This document shows, in pieces, positions 15,177-15,724 of a stretch of 15,724 nt of DNA. A model generated the notes under the pieces. That model saw only the letters and a program-made list of their open reading frames with translations. It was not told where the DNA came from and searched no databases. Every line of letters starts with the position of its first letter. Position 1 is the stretch's first letter. This stretch comes from Bdellovibrio sp. (GTDB lineage Bacteria; Bdellovibrionota; Bdellovibrionia; Bdellovibrionales; Bdellovibrionaceae): assembly GCA_046318155.1 (NCBI GenBank), contig JBKCUU010000121.1, positions 1-15,724 of the forward strand. The letters are read 5' to 3'. The position numbers were made by a program, and so were the translations under genes.

Positions 15177-15722
15177 CTAAGTCGTGCGAAACCAAGCGGT
15201 CAAACTGTAGCGGGGTCTTTTTGGTGATTGGACCGAATGCAGGATCGTATCAGAGCGAAAGAGCACCATTCGTCCCCCCACAGGCAAGACGCGTGTCACT
15301 TCAGATTCTTCATGAATCAGGAGTTCGCCTTCGTCCTCGGCGGTCCAATTTGAGTTGAGATACAGAATAAACGAGATGGCGCGTTTTGACGGGGTGAGCT
15401 GGCTGCGGTCCATGTGGGGAGCATAAAATTGGCCCGGTTCGTAGACGGCAAAATGGGCCTCAAAATGATCAAGACCTAAGAACAATTCGCGGTTCAGCTC
15501 GGCTTGCAAATCACCCAACTTGGTTTTGACCAAGGGCCAGCAAGTGTCTTGTTCACCTAGCCAAAAAATGCGGTCGCTCCGGACCGTGGGTAGATACTCT
15601 TTGTCCCCACCGAGTCCAGCCGGACGAAATCCTTGCACGTGAGCGTCGGCTTCAAGGCGCCCAGCTGACCCCTCACTGCGGGTGGCCCAGTCATTCTCCA
15701 CCGACCAAGATTTTTCGACCAG
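15177..15722 (-). CDS. 2OG-Fe(II) oxygenase, PHD/EglN (SM-20)-like; 5'-truncated by the window edge
   Basis: RSDRIFWL, HFAVY, HxD triad FYAPHMD, ILYLN..W...GEL, distal His HSV, 2OG-binding RYSLTAW. The frame stays open to the window end (LVEKSWSVENDW). Confidence 0.9.
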   Translation of the reverse strand: MVEKSWSVENDWATRSEGSAGRLEADAHVQGFRPAGLGGDKEYLPTVRSDRIFWLGEQDTCWPLVKTKLGDLQAELNRELFLGLDHFEAHFAVYEPGQFYAPHMDRSQLTPSKRAISFILYLNSNWTAEDEGELLIHEESEVTRVLPVGGRMVLFRSDTILHSVQSPKRPRYSLTAWFRTT

Positions 15723-15724
15723 GT

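Overview
Gene-dense bacterial chromosomal window of about 50% GC (judged by eye). It most resembles a Bdellovibrionota predator, which is an inference from protein style and was not confirmed by a search. I see no mobile element, CRISPR array or RNA gene. Left to right: apaG, an EEP-family nuclease/phosphatase and a secreted hypothetical protein (all minus strand); an M17 leucyl aminopeptidase (plus); an unusual CinA/PncC-like + NadD-like protein and a DUF502 protein (minus); a membrane-anchored S8 subtilase with a C-terminal PilZ domain (plus); a bidirectional terminator; and a tightly coupled minus-strand operon (PHD/EglN-like 2OG-Fe(II) oxygenase, two ABC half-transporters, mgtE, RluA-family pseudouridine synthase, then an outer-membrane beta-barrel protein). 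Most notable: (1) the two ABC genes read as the N- and C-halves of a eukaryote-type ABCC/MRP transporter split into two genes; (2) the subtilase-sorting signal-TM-PilZ protein could couple c-di-GMP to extracytoplasmic proteolysis, and it sits behind a sigma28-like promoter, GTCTCA-N3-TGAGAC-like dyads and a structured leader; (3) the PncC-like/NadD-like fusion; (4) three genes share a -35/-10/N7/start layout that suggests leaderless mRNAs.
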